DNA of 64,000 nucleotides from an uncultured beta proteobacterium (GTDB lineage Bacteria > Pseudomonadota > Gammaproteobacteria > Burkholderiales > Burkholderiaceae_C): positions 6,981 to 70,980 of the forward strand of contig CAIYYA010000036.1 in assembly GCA_903930255.1 (NCBI GenBank), written 5' to 3'. This document shows positions 49,805-60,546 of this stretch, piece after piece. The notes under the pieces are model-generated. The model was given only the letters and a program-made list of their open reading frames with translations. It ran no database searches and was not told where the DNA came from. A program made the translations under genes and the position numbers. Numbering within the stretch: the first letter of the stretch is position 1; each line of letters opens with the position of its first letter.

Positions 49805-50500
49805 CTAGTTTGCGGGCTGGCTACGGCGCTTCACATAGATGCCTATGGCAAACACCAGAAACGCACCAACAACACCCAAACTGTAACGCCACAAACTGCT
49901 CTGCGGCATCCACCCAAGCACGGCTGGATCGCTATGCGCCATCGTGCCGGCGATCCACCCCAGTAACATGGCTCCAATCATGATGATGCTTGGGAAACGA
50001 TCCATCAGCCGCAAAATCAATTGACTGCCACCAACGATGATTGGAATACTAACCAGAAGTCCAAAAATCACCAAGGGCATTTGATGCGTTTCACCTGCGC
50101 TGGTAGCGGCTCCCGCAATGGCAATCACATTGTCGATGCTCATCACCAAGTCAGCCAGTATGACCGTTTTAACGGCTGACCACAATTTATCGCTGGTTTG
50201 AATGGAACCATGCTCATCGTCGTGCGGCATGAGTAATTTGACGCCAATCCACAATAAAAGCGCTGCTCCGACAAGTTTCAGATAGGGCACTTGTAATAGT
50301 GTCAGTGCAAATGCAATCAGCACAACCCGCAATACGATGGCACCTGCAGTGCCCCACACAATGCCCTTGAGGCGTTGTTCAGCGGGTAGTTGCCGACAGG
50401 CCAGGGCAATAACCACTGCATTGTCACCGCCGAGCAGGATATCGATCAGAATAATTTGGCCTACAGCAAGCCAAAAATGGGCGCTCAATAGTTCTTCCAT
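49805..50500 (-). CDS. TerC family membrane protein (YjbE-like)
   Basis: DILLGGDNAVVIALA, ADLVMSIDNVIAIA. Confidence 0.92.
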   Translation of the reverse strand: MEELLSAHFWLAVGQIILIDILLGGDNAVVIALACRQLPAEQRLKGIVWGTAGAIVLRVVLIAFALTLLQVPYLKLVGAALLLWIGVKLLMPHDDEHGSIQTSDKLWSAVKTVILADLVMSIDNVIAIAGAATSAGETHQMPLVIFGLLVSIPIIVGGSQLILRLMDRFPSIIMIGAMLLGWIAGTMAHSDPAVLGWMPQSSLWRYSLGVVGAFLVFAIGIYVKRRSQPAN

Positions 50501-50516
50501 GATGATTCCAGTCGCT

Positions 50517-50560
50517 AAAAAAACAAAGCCGGATTGTCCATCAGGAAATCCGGCTTTGTT
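50517..50560 (-). terminator. Rho-independent terminator after sucD
   Basis: aacaaagccggatt-N11-aatccggctttgtt hairpin followed by a T-run on the minus strand. Confidence 0.8.
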
Positions 50561-50602
50561 CAAACCAATGCGCTAAAACGATTGGTTAGATTCGCTGCTG
50601 TC

Positions 50603-51496
50603 TTACAGCATGGCTTTAAGCAACTTGGCCATTTCGGATGGATTGCGTGTGACCTTGAAGCCACACTCTTCCATCACAGCTAACTTGGCTTCAGCGGTAT
50701 CGGCACCGCCAGAGATCAAGGCACCGGCGTGACCCATGCGTTTGCCCGCAGGTGCTGTGACACCGGCGATGAAACCCACGATGGGTTTTTTCATGTTGAG
50801 CTTGCACCAGCGTGCCGCCTCAGCTTCGTCTGGGCCACCAATTTCACCAATCATGATGACGGCATCGGTGTCAGGATCTTCATTGAACGCACGCATGATG
50901 TCGATGTGCTTGAGGCCATTGATGGGGTCACCACCAATGCCAACTGCGCTGGACTGACCCAAACCGATTTCGGTGAGCTGTGCCACAGCTTCATAAGTTA
51001 GCGTGCCTGAGCGGCTGACCACGCCAATGCGGCCCTTGCGGTGAATATGGCCGGGCATGATGCCGATCTTGATCTCGTCAGGCGTAATCAAACCTGGGCA
51101 GTTAGGACCCAGTAGCAAGGTTTTTTTGCCGCCAGCAGCTTCTTTGGCGCGCATTCTGTTGCGCACTTCAAGCATGTCACGCACGGGGATGCCTTCGGTG
51201 ATGCAGATCGCCAAATCCAGATCAGCTTCAACGGCTTCCCAGATGGCGGCGGCTGCGCCAGCCGGCGGCACATAAATAACCGACACGGTGGAGCCGGTTT
51301 GTGCAGCAGCTTCTTTGACAGAGGCAAAAATCGGGATGCCAAAAATGGATTCGCCGGCCTTCTTGGGGTTGACGCCGGCGGCGAAGCATTCTTTGCCGTT
51401 GGCGTATTCCTGGCACTTTTCCGTGTGGAATTGACCGGTCTTGCCGGTAATGCCTTGGGTAATGACCTTGGTGTCTTTATTGATGAGGATCGACAT
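50603..51496 (-). CDS. sucD: Succinyl-CoA synthetase alpha subunit
   Basis: QGITG, GPNCPG, SRSGTL, MGHAGA. Confidence 0.97.
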   Translation of the reverse strand: MSILINKDTKVITQGITGKTGQFHTEKCQEYANGKECFAAGVNPKKAGESIFGIPIFASVKEAAAQTGSTVSVIYVPPAGAAAAIWEAVEADLDLAICITEGIPVRDMLEVRNRMRAKEAAGGKKTLLLGPNCPGLITPDEIKIGIMPGHIHRKGRIGVVSRSGTLTYEAVAQLTEIGLGQSSAVGIGGDPINGLKHIDIMRAFNEDPDTDAVIMIGEIGGPDEAEAARWCKLNMKKPIVGFIAGVTAPAGKRMGHAGALISGGADTAEAKLAVMEECGFKVTRNPSEMAKLLKAML

Positions 51497-51564
51497 GATT
51501 CTTCCTAGTCAGTTGGGGGCAGAACTGGCGCGCTTTGCGACGCTGCGGTCTGTCCCACAAGGTT

Positions 51565-52734
51565 TCACGACGCAGCTTTGACAGCAGCAACCACTTTTTG
51601 GGCAGCATCGGCCATGGTGTCGGCGCTGATGATGGGCAAACCAGACTCGGCAAGCATCTTCTTGCCCATCTCTTCATTGGTGCCCTTCATGCGCACCACC
51701 AATGGCACCGACAGGTTCACCGCCTTGCAGGCCGTGATCACGCCCGTGGCGATGGTGTCACACTTCATGATGCCGCCAAAGATATTCACCAAAATGGCTT
51801 TGACCTTGGGGTTTTTCAACATGATCTTGAAGGCTTCTGTGACCTTCTCTGGGGTAGCGCCGCCGCCCACGTCCAAAAAGTTGGCTGGCTCTGCGCCAAA
51901 CAGCTTGATGGTGTCCATGGTGGCCATAGCCAAGCCCGCGCCATTGACCAAGCAGCCGATGTCACCATCCAGGCTGATATAAGCTAGATCGAACTTGGAG
52001 GCTTCGACTTCTGCCGGATCTTCTTCGTCCAAATCGCGGTAAGCCACGATTTCGGGGTGACGGTACAGGGCGTTGGCGTCAAAGTTAAATTTGGCATCGA
52101 TCGCTTTGATGCCGCCATTGCCTTCGAGAATCATCGGGTTGATCTCGACCAGCGATGCGTCGGTATCCATATAGACGCCGTAGATTTTTTGCAGCACTTC
52201 GGCAGCTTGGGCGACCGAGCCTTCAGGCACGCCAATGGCGTTGGCCAACTTGGTAGCCTGTGCATCGGTCAAGCCGGTGGCGGGGTCAACAATCTCGGTG
52301 AGGATTTTCTCGGGCGTGGAATGTGCCACTTCTTCGATGTCCATGCCACCTTCTGATGAGACGATCATGGCAACACGCTGGGTTGCACGGTCGGTAACGG
52401 CAGAAACGTAGTATTCTTTTTTGATGTCGGCGCCGTCTTCAATCAGCAGGCGACGAACTTTTTGGCCTTCGGGGCCGGTTTGGTGCGTGATCAGCTGCAT
52501 GCCCAAAATTTCACCGGCAAGCTTGCGCACGTCGTCAATCGATCGTGCCAGCTTCACGCCACCACCCTTGCCACGGCCACCTGCGTGGATTTGCGCCTTG
52601 ACAACCCAAACTGGGCCGCCGAGTTTCTGCGCGGCTTCCACCGCTTCTTGTACGGTGAATGCTGCAATGCCGCGAGGCACTGGCACACCAGCTTGGCGCA
52701 AGATTTCCTTGCCTTGGTACTCGTGAATCTTCAT
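51565..52734 (-). CDS. sucC: Succinyl-CoA synthetase beta subunit
   Basis: [40 protein letters not shown]. Confidence 0.97.
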   Translation of the reverse strand: MKIHEYQGKEILRQAGVPVPRGIAAFTVQEAVEAAQKLGGPVWVVKAQIHAGGRGKGGGVKLARSIDDVRKLAGEILGMQLITHQTGPEGQKVRRLLIEDGADIKKEYYVSAVTDRATQRVAMIVSSEGGMDIEEVAHSTPEKILTEIVDPATGLTDAQATKLANAIGVPEGSVAQAAEVLQKIYGVYMDTDASLVEINPMILEGNGGIKAIDAKFNFDANALYRHPEIVAYRDLDEEDPAEVEASKFDLAYISLDGDIGCLVNGAGLAMATMDTIKLFGAEPANFLDVGGGATPEKVTEAFKIMLKNPKVKAILVNIFGGIMKCDTIATGVITACKAVNLSVPLVVRMKGTNEEMGKKMLAESGLPIISADTMADAAQKVVAAVKAAS

Positions 52735-52895
52735 GAGCTCTTTCTCAGGAATGGGTGACTGGATGGCCTTCAGATCTGCTTGAATCAGCATAACTGGCGG
52801 CACGGTACGATGCAGCCGCGAACTGTATCATGGGGCATCGCATCATTCTTTAGCCAGACTTACAAGGGCTTCACTTTTCAGGATTTGACTTCACC

Positions 52896-53831
52896 ATGCA
52901 AAAAATTTTTATCGACGGCGAGGCCGGCACCACGGGTTTACAGATTCGCGAACGTTTGTTGGGGCTGCCCGGCATAGAGCTTGTCAGCATAGCGCCAGAG
53001 CGGCGTAAAGACAATCAGGCCAAGTCCGAGTTGATGGCGCAAGTGGATCTCGTCATTTTGTGTCTGCATGATGAAGCTGCTATTGAGTCAGTAGCTTCCA
53101 TTGACCGTCTGGAAAGCGCTACAGGTCAATTAGGTCCCAAAATTATTGATGCTTCAACGGCTCACCGCACAGCCACCGGCTGGGTTTACGGATTTCCTGA
53201 ATTGGCAACGAATCAGCGGCTGGCGGTGCAAACTTCCCGTCGCGTGAGCAATCCGGGCTGCTATGCCACGGGTGCCATTGCGCTGCTGAGGCCACTCGTT
53301 GATGCCGGGTTGATAGCGCCAGATTTTCCACTTTGCTTGCCTGCAGTGAGTGGTTATTCGGGCGGCGGTCGTCCCATGATTGAGGCCTACGAGTCAGACA
53401 GTGCCGCGGCCTTTGAGTTGTATGCACTGGGTTTGAAGCACAAACATGTCCCGGAGATCATGCGCTACAGCGGGTTGACACGGCGTCCGCTGTTTGTGCC
53501 CGCGGTGGGTAATTTCAAACAAGGCATGCTGGTGCAAGTGCCGCTGCACCTGGACCTGCTGCCTGGCAAGCCCAGCGCTGACGACTTGCAGCACGCCCTG
53601 ACCCAGCATTACGCCGGCAGTGAATGGGTCAAAGTGTTGCCCCCCACGCCTGACAACAAACTGGATGCTCAGGCTCTGGCCGGCACGAATCAGCTCGAAT
53701 TACGTGTTTTCAACAACCCGAATGCAGAGGATGGTTTTCAGCACGCCGTGCTGGTTGCGCGCTTGGATAACCTTGGCAAAGGTGCCAGTGGTGCAGCTGT
53801 GCAAAACTTGAAGCTGATGCTGGGACTGTAA
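52896..53831 (+). CDS. argC: N-acetyl-gamma-glutamyl-phosphate reductase (type 2)
   Basis: [39 protein letters not shown]. Confidence 0.95.
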   Translation: MQKIFIDGEAGTTGLQIRERLLGLPGIELVSIAPERRKDNQAKSELMAQVDLVILCLHDEAAIESVASIDRLESATGQLGPKIIDASTAHRTATGWVYGFPELATNQRLAVQTSRRVSNPGCYATGAIALLRPLVDAGLIAPDFPLCLPAVSGYSGGGRPMIEAYESDSAAAFELYALGLKHKHVPEIMRYSGLTRRPLFVPAVGNFKQGMLVQVPLHLDLLPGKPSADDLQHALTQHYAGSEWVKVLPPTPDNKLDAQALAGTNQLELRVFNNPNAEDGFQHAVLVARLDNLGKGASGAAVQNLKLMLGL

Positions 53832-53980
53832 GTCGAGTCAATTCATAGGCTTCGTTCGTCCGAAGTGTGAGGATTAGCGAGAAGTGGGATCAGCCACCTT
53901 GGCATCTTGAAGATTCATCGTGATGAATCAATAGCATCTCGTGCTTTTGCAGATTGGCTTCTGGGGCTAGCTTGTTTTGA

Positions 53981-54445
53981 TTACTCGTCAAAAATGTGTT
54001 CGATACCCCGCGCTGTTACTACACGCCGAATGACATCGCTACTGAACCCCCGGGCGGCTAAAAAGCGCATTTGTTTGGCCGTCACTTGAGCGTCAGTCGC
54101 CGGAGCATGGAATTTTTTCTGCCAAACGGTTTGCGCGCGTATCAACTCGGATGCTTGCAAGCTGGCAATCGCCTGTGTAACCAGCTCTGACTCCAAGCCT
54201 TTGCTCTGCAATTCTTGACGAATGCGGCCAACCCCGAGTTTCGTTGCGCGGCGGTGCAGCACCGACTCGACCACCCGTTGCTCGCTGATAAAGCCTTTGG
54301 CTTGCAACTCGTCCAGAGCCATCGCTAGACTCCCGGGCTCATCTTCAAAGCGCTGCAACTTGCGCTCCAGTTCAAGACGAGAATACTCGCGGCCACTGAG
54401 CAGGCGCAGGGCGCGGCCTTTAAGGGTTGGGTTGTCAAGCGTCAC
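53981..54445 (-). CDS. recX: Regulatory protein RecX
   Basis: LKGRALRLLSGREYSR.EL, RFLAARGF; downstream of recA. GTG start inferred. Confidence 0.92.
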   Translation of the reverse strand: MTLDNPTLKGRALRLLSGREYSRLELERKLQRFEDEPGSLAMALDELQAKGFISEQRVVESVLHRRATKLGVGRIRQELQSKGLESELVTQAIASLQASELIRAQTVWQKKFHAPATDAQVTAKQMRFLAARGFSSDVIRRVVTARGIEHIFDE

Positions 54446-54480
54446 TGGGTATTCGTCCTGTCGCGCAATTTGCCAAATAT

Positions 54481-54540
54481 GATTGTTCCGACCAGATGAA
54501 GCACGAACGGAACTTGCTACATCATCGGGCCGGATCAATC
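54481..54540. repeat. Internally deleted version of the 33319-33449 element
   Basis: gattgttccgaccagatga ... gaacggaacttgctaca tcatcgggccggatcaatc; same outer IRs and subterminal sequence. Confidence 0.75.
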
Positions 54541-54580
54541 GATATCAAAAATATAGCTGCTAGCGCTTACTGCACAATCG

Positions 54581-54602
<22 letters not shown>
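54541..54602 (+). repeat. Family A element overlapping the recA stop codon
   Basis: gatat caaaaat atagc tgctagcgc ttactgcac aatcgctag gcggtctttttgcttgaa. Confidence 0.8.
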
Positions 54603-55663
<1,061 letters not shown>

Positions 55664-55713
55664 GATGAACTCCTGAGTGGTGATGTACTTGAAACTGTGC
55701 GGCTCTGCATCCT

Positions 55714-55746
55714 CTGTTTTTAATCACAGGCTGGATGCTTGAACAG
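55714..55746. promoter_or_regulatory. Tandem LexA (SOS) boxes upstream of recA
   Basis: CTGTttttaatcACAG (55714-55729) and CTGGatgcttgaACAG (55731-55746), matching CTGT-N8-ACAG. Confidence 0.85.
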
Positions 55747-55810
55747 TAGTTTATGGCAACTTTAAGCAAAAAATTTATAAATATTAGTCAATTTGATTTA
55801 CTATTTGTGC

Positions 55811-56284
55811 ATGATGAACAACCTGTTAGGTAGCCGCTGGCGTGAAGCGCATTTAGGGCATTGGTTGGCCATGTCCTCGCAGCGATTTGATGCGCAGGTG
55901 TTGGCACGCATGGCCGCCAATGAGCAAGTGCCCTTGGCGTTAGCCAATCTAGCAGCGCGTGGCAGCTTGACAGCATCACACGTTCACATCACCCGGCATT
56001 TGTCATTGCAAGGTTCGCGCTTGGGCGATTTGGCCAAGTGTGCCAATGTCAGCAAACAAGCCATGGGCAAGCTGGTGGATCAGTGCGAGGCTTGGGGCTT
56101 GGTTCAGCGTATGCCAGATGCCAGCGATGCCCGAGCACGACGCGTGCTGTTCACTGAAATGGGATTGAGTTGGCTGCAGGCTTTTCAGGAAGCCGTGTCA
56201 CAAACCGAGGAAGAGTTACGCGCAGCCGTAGGCGCAGAAGTGGCAACAGTGATAGCCTTGGGGTTGGAGGCCTATGCCGCCTAG
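55811..56284 (+). CDS. MarR family transcriptional regulator
   Basis: LA..ANVSKQAMGKLV...GLVQR.PD.SDARARRV..T. Confidence 0.88.
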   Translation: MMNNLLGSRWREAHLGHWLAMSSQRFDAQVLARMAANEQVPLALANLAARGSLTASHVHITRHLSLQGSRLGDLAKCANVSKQAMGKLVDQCEAWGLVQRMPDASDARARRVLFTEMGLSWLQAFQEAVSQTEEELRAAVGAEVATVIALGLEAYAA

Positions 56285-56339
56285 AATCAGTCAACTGAAA
56301 GATCGCCCCTCAACAGGGACATAACGAGGAGATTTTTAA

Positions 56340-57014
56340 ATGCGAATTTTGATAGCTGAAGATGATCGGGTTTTAGCGGATGGCTTGTTGCGCACTTTGC
56401 GCAGCTCCGGGGCTGCCGTGGATCATGTGGCAAGCGGCAGCGAGGCCGATGCTGCGCTCATGACGAATACAGAGTTTGACTTGCTGATTTTGGATTTGGG
56501 GCTGCCCAAAATGCACGGGCTAGACGTGCTTAAGCGTTTGCGTGCACGGGGATCAGCTCTTCCGGTGCTGATCTTGACGGCAGCTGACAGCGTGGAAGAG
56601 CGTGTCAAGGGTCTGGACTATGGCGCGGATGATTACATGGCCAAGCCGTTCAGTCTGCAAGAGCTCGAGGCTCGGGTGCGCGCCCTGAGTCGACGCGGCA
56701 TGGGTGCCGCCAGCAGCACCATCAAACATGGTCCATTGGTGTATGACCAAAGTGGTCGTGTAGCCAGTATCGACGGTGTGATGGTTGAGCTTTCGGCGCG
56801 TGAACTGGGGCTGCTTGAAGTGCTGCTGCAACGTGCCGGCCGCCTGGTCAGCAAAGATCAGCTGGTTGAACGCCTGTGTGAATGGGGCGAAGAAGTCAGC
56901 AATAACGCCATTGAGGTGTATATCCACCGCTTGCGCAAAAAAATCGAAAAAGGCCCCATTCGCATTGCCACAGTTCGCGGCTTGGGCTACTGTCTTGAAA
57001 AAATCCCAGGCTGA
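56340..57014 (+). CDS. OmpR-family response regulator (TctD/QseB-like)
   Basis: ILIAEDD, DLGLP, ADDYMAKPF, EVYIHRLRKK, TVRGLGY. Confidence 0.93.
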   Translation: MRILIAEDDRVLADGLLRTLRSSGAAVDHVASGSEADAALMTNTEFDLLILDLGLPKMHGLDVLKRLRARGSALPVLILTAADSVEERVKGLDYGADDYMAKPFSLQELEARVRALSRRGMGAASSTIKHGPLVYDQSGRVASIDGVMVELSARELGLLEVLLQRAGRLVSKDQLVERLCEWGEEVSNNAIEVYIHRLRKKIEKGPIRIATVRGLGYCLEKIPG

Positions 57015-57035
57015 GTGCGTTCTTAAGGCCTGGTG

Positions 57036-58493
57036 ATGAGTCTTTTGCCGCGTGAACAGCGCTCGCTGTTTGGCGAAATCCTGGACTGGATGCTGACACC
57101 GCTGTTGCTTTTATGGCCAGTGAGCTTGGTCGCAACTTGGCTGGTTGCACAAAGTATCGCTGGGCGACCGTTCGATCGGGCACTTGAATACAACGTGCGC
57201 GCCATGTCGCAACTGATTGCGGTCAAGGGTCAGCGTGCCGAGTTTGTATTACCGCGTCCAGCTCGCGAACTATTGCGCGCAGATGATTCGGATACGGTCT
57301 ATTACCAGGTGCTAGGTCCACGCGGAGAACTTTTGGGGGGTGAGCGCGAGCTGCCATTACCTCCAGCACTGCAAGCGCTGGGCAGCCCGGCCATTGATGA
57401 AGTTCGCATTCGTGACGATGTAGTTAAGGGCTTTGATGTCAAGGTGGCTTACATGTGGGTAAATTTGCCCGATGGGAGCGAAAAGCCCGCTTTGGTTCAG
57501 GTGGCGGAGACGTTGGAGAAGCGATCGGTGCTGGCAACAGAAATTGTGAAAGGCGTGATGCTGCCGCAATTTGTCATTTTGCCGCTGGCTGTGCTGTTGG
57601 TTTGGCTGGCGCTGGTGCAGGCGATCAAACCTTTAAACCAGCTCGAAGAGCGTATTCGCGCACGCAAGCCTGACGACTTGAGTGCAATAGATGGCCAATC
57701 GGTGCCACTCGAGGTGGCTCCCTTGGTTGACTCGGTGAACGACTTGCTGATGCGCCTGACCGATTCGATTTCAACACAGAAGCGTTTTTTGGCAGATGCT
57801 GCGCATCAGTTGAAAACACCATTGGCCGGTTTGCGTATGCAAGCCGATCTGGCGCAACGACCCGGTGCCAGCTCTGAAGATCTGAAGCAGTCGTTGCGAC
57901 AAATTGGTCGCTCGAGCATTCGTGCCACGCACAGCGTGAACCAGTTGCTGGCCTTGGCCCGTGCCGAAAGCAGCAGTGCAGTGATGTTGCACACGGTTTG
58001 CGATTTGGCTGAACTCACCATGTCGGTGGTGCGCGATTCGGTGCCGCGTGCACTCGACAAGCACATTGATCTGGGTTACGAAGGCACGCAACCGGGAACG
58101 ATTGGTGGCACCGTTCTGGGAAATGCAACTTTGCTCAAGGAAATGATGCGCAATCTGGTGGATAACGCCATCAATTACACGCCCTCCAGTTTGGAACAAC
58201 CCGGCATCATTACGGTGCGGGTGCTGACCGACCCGTTTGGGCGCACCATGGTGTTACAGGTTGAAGATTCAGGCCCTGGCGTACCAGCGGCCGAGCGGGA
58301 GCTAATTTTTCAACCGTTTTATCGTGCGCTGGGAACAGAGGCAGACGGGTCAGGATTGGGGTTGCCAATCGTCCTGGAAATTGCCAAACAGCACAATGCC
58401 AGTGTCAGCCTGGAAGATGCTCAGCCGGGCATTAACCCCACCGGGGCTCGCTTTGTGGTGCGCTTTACCTCGGTCGCTCGACCTGACGATTAG
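57036..58493 (+). CDS. Sensor histidine kinase (TctE-like)
   Basis: DAAHQLKTPL, NLVDNAI, EDSGPG, GSGLGL; two TM segments. Confidence 0.93.
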   Translation: MSLLPREQRSLFGEILDWMLTPLLLLWPVSLVATWLVAQSIAGRPFDRALEYNVRAMSQLIAVKGQRAEFVLPRPARELLRADDSDTVYYQVLGPRGELLGGERELPLPPALQALGSPAIDEVRIRDDVVKGFDVKVAYMWVNLPDGSEKPALVQVAETLEKRSVLATEIVKGVMLPQFVILPLAVLLVWLALVQAIKPLNQLEERIRARKPDDLSAIDGQSVPLEVAPLVDSVNDLLMRLTDSISTQKRFLADAAHQLKTPLAGLRMQADLAQRPGASSEDLKQSLRQIGRSSIRATHSVNQLLALARAESSSAVMLHTVCDLAELTMSVVRDSVPRALDKHIDLGYEGTQPGTIGGTVLGNATLLKEMMRNLVDNAINYTPSSLEQPGIITVRVLTDPFGRTMVLQVEDSGPGVPAAERELIFQPFYRALGTEADGSGLGLPIVLEIAKQHNASVSLEDAQPGINPTGARFVVRFTSVARPDD

Positions 58494-58515
58494 CCAGTGT
58501 TGATGGCTTGCTGAA

Positions 58516-59169
58516 TCAACAGGTGCCCAGTGTTTTGCCGTTCAGTGCGGTTTTGATGGGCACCAGTTTTTTCAGCAAAACTTCGTCCACCAAGGGGAGT
58601 TGCAAGCGCCAACCCGGTGCTGCAGCTTGCTCTAGCAAGACCCGTGCGGTGCGCACGCCGCGCAGTGTTAATGCCTCCAGCGCAATCGAGGCTTGCTGCT
58701 GGGTTTCAAAAACTCCGAGTGACAGACCGGGAGCCAGACTGGCGTTGTTGAGTGGTGCAAAATTTAAATTCAAACTGGCCAACTGTGCGCGTTTTTTAGC
58801 CAGCTCTTGCGGGTTGGCGTATTTGCCCATGTAAATAATCCAGCGTTCGGGCGAACTGCCTGGGTTGAGCGACCACCCCCCCTCCGGCAAGGTGGCCTCC
58901 AAGGTTCGGCGCAAAGTGTTTGTCAGTGCCGCATCAAGCCAGTCTGATTGCAAGCAGCTCGCAGCAGGCTTGGTGTTGGCCGCTTGCAGTTTGGCGGCTT
59001 CTTGCGGGCTCAGCAGATGAATCGCCTGCGCTGCAATTTGCTGCGTTAGACGTTGCGGTTCTTGTTGCACCATAGGCCCCCACCCATAAGCTGTAAACCA
59101 GGCTTGTGACCAGGCAAAGTACAAGCCGTTGAGCATCAGCAAGGTCAGAACAAACAGGCGCAGCATCAT
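58516..59169 (-). CDS. SPOR-like domain membrane-anchored protein
   Basis: N-terminal TM (LLMLNGLYFAW), EP.R..QQI, LSLG.F motif; follows birA. Confidence 0.7.
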   Translation of the reverse strand: MMLRLFVLTLLMLNGLYFAWSQAWFTAYGWGPMVQQEPQRLTQQIAAQAIHLLSPQEAAKLQAANTKPAASCLQSDWLDAALTNTLRRTLEATLPEGGWSLNPGSSPERWIIYMGKYANPQELAKKRAQLASLNLNFAPLNNASLAPGLSLGVFETQQQASIALEALTLRGVRTARVLLEQAAAPGWRLQLPLVDEVLLKKLVPIKTALNGKTLGTC

Positions 59170-59966
59170 CGGCCATGAAGCGCAGAAGGCGCCTTCACTT
59201 GAAGTCGAACACTGATTTCAGCGCTGCTAACCGATAGCACTTCAGCAGCTGTATTGACTTGCAAGGCACCTTGACGATTAACACCCTGTGCCACACCATG
59301 CCTGCCATCGCTCAGAGTAACGGCAGTCTGGCTAATGGCATCGCGTGCATTGAAATCAGCCTGAAATTGGGCAAAGCCGAATTGTTCAAACTGATTGAGA
59401 GTTTGTATCAAGGGGCTCAATAAAAGCGACAAGCATTGAGCTTTATCCAGGTCGGGTCGAATTTCAGCCAGTCCAACTGCCGGCATGGTGAGTCCGGTGA
59501 AGGCGGGTGTTTGCAGGTTGATGCCTACGCCAATCACAAGGTAGCGCGCTGCGTGAACGGGTCCAGAGCCTGCGGTTTCAATCAAAATGCCCGCCAGTTT
59601 TTGCCCTTGCCACCAGAGGTCATTCGGCCATTTCAGACGAATATCGGGGTGCAGACTGCGTGCCAGGCTTAGGCCCACAGCCAACGATAAGCCCGACCAG
59701 TCTAGGGGAGAGAGCATCAAGCCCAGCGAAAAAGTCAGTGCCTGCTGTGGCGACTCGGTGTGCCATTGCCGTCCCATGCGACCTCGGCCAGCGCTTTGTC
59801 GCTCGGCCACCAGTAGCAACGGCTCCTGTTGGCCATTGCGTGCGCGGCGCATCAACTCTGAATTGGTCGAATCAATTTCAGGCACCACCTCCACGCTAAA
59901 ACCCGGTAGGCCAGGAGCGATGGCTTGCCAAATTGACTCGCTAGGCCAGTGCACGGGTGTTGTCAT
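59166..59966 (-). CDS. birA: Biotin--acetyl-CoA-carboxylase ligase (no HTH)
   Basis: DSTN, QSAGRGRMGRQW, KWPND, KLAGIL.E, GVGIN. Confidence 0.95.
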   Translation of the reverse strand: MTTPVHWPSESIWQAIAPGLPGFSVEVVPEIDSTNSELMRRARNGQQEPLLLVAERQSAGRGRMGRQWHTESPQQALTFSLGLMLSPLDWSGLSLAVGLSLARSLHPDIRLKWPNDLWWQGQKLAGILIETAGSGPVHAARYLVIGVGINLQTPAFTGLTMPAVGLAEIRPDLDKAQCLSLLLSPLIQTLNQFEQFGFAQFQADFNARDAISQTAVTLSDGRHGVAQGVNRQGALQVNTAAEVLSVSSAEISVRLQVKAPSALHGR

Positions 59967-59970
59967 GGTT

Positions 59971-60447
59971 TTAGCGGCGTTTGCGCTTGGGCGCCAGCAG
60001 CGTGCCCCGGCATGTGGGGGCAGCGCACCAGCAGGGGTATTCGGCCTTGAGCTTGGCGCTATAGCGCTCGTCGATGATCAGGCCGTAGTCGTAGTTGAGT
60101 TCTTCGCCGGTGGCAATGTCGCGCAGGGCCTGAATGAAGATGCGACCATGGCGTTCAACCGCTTCGCAATTGGCTGCGCAGGCATGGTTGATCCAGCGTG
60201 AAGAGTTGCCGCCTACCAGCGCATCAATCACCCGGTTTTCATCAATGTGAAAATAAAACGTGTGGTTTGGGTCTTGTGGATTGTGAGGGTGGCGCGCTTG
60301 GGCTTCTGGCCAACTGATGATTTCACCCACGTATTCAATGATGCTTTCGCCGGCTGCGATGTCTTGCACAGCAAAAACGCCTTTGCCATGCACGCCCGAG
60401 CGGCGAACCTGAATGCGTCGTGGTTTTGCGGCTGTTTTTTTTGGCAC
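59971..60447 (-). CDS. SET-domain protein-lysine methyltransferase with post-SET cysteines
   Basis: SGVHGKGVFA, EYVGE, RWINHAC, ELNYDY, CWC....CRG. GTG start inferred. Confidence 0.9.
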   Translation of the reverse strand: MPKKTAAKPRRIQVRRSGVHGKGVFAVQDIAAGESIIEYVGEIISWPEAQARHPHNPQDPNHTFYFHIDENRVIDALVGGNSSRWINHACAANCEAVERHGRIFIQALRDIATGEELNYDYGLIIDERYSAKLKAEYPCWCAAPTCRGTLLAPKRKRR

Positions 60448-60478
60448 GGTAAAAATTTGGTATCGTGGACTCGTATGG

Positions 60479-60525
60479 GTGCGCGTGTGCGTGCCTGCTT
60501 GTGTGTGCGCCCGTGTGCGGGCGCG
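60479..60525. other. Alternating purine-pyrimidine tract in the SET/topB divergent promoter
   Basis: gtgcgcgtgtgcgtgc...tgtgtgtgcgc..cgtgtgcg.gcgcg. Confidence 0.6.
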
Positions 60526-60546
60526 AAGAAACGGGATTGTAGTCAG

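Noticed and set aside
50500-50602. yybP-ykoY Mn riboswitch before the TerC gene
   Set aside because: The spacer is only about 100 bp and is explained by the sucD terminator; no aptamer features recognised.
60247-60546. N-terminal extension of topB in the ORF track
   Set aside because: Overlaps the SET gene; the Toprim domain starts at ATG 60547.
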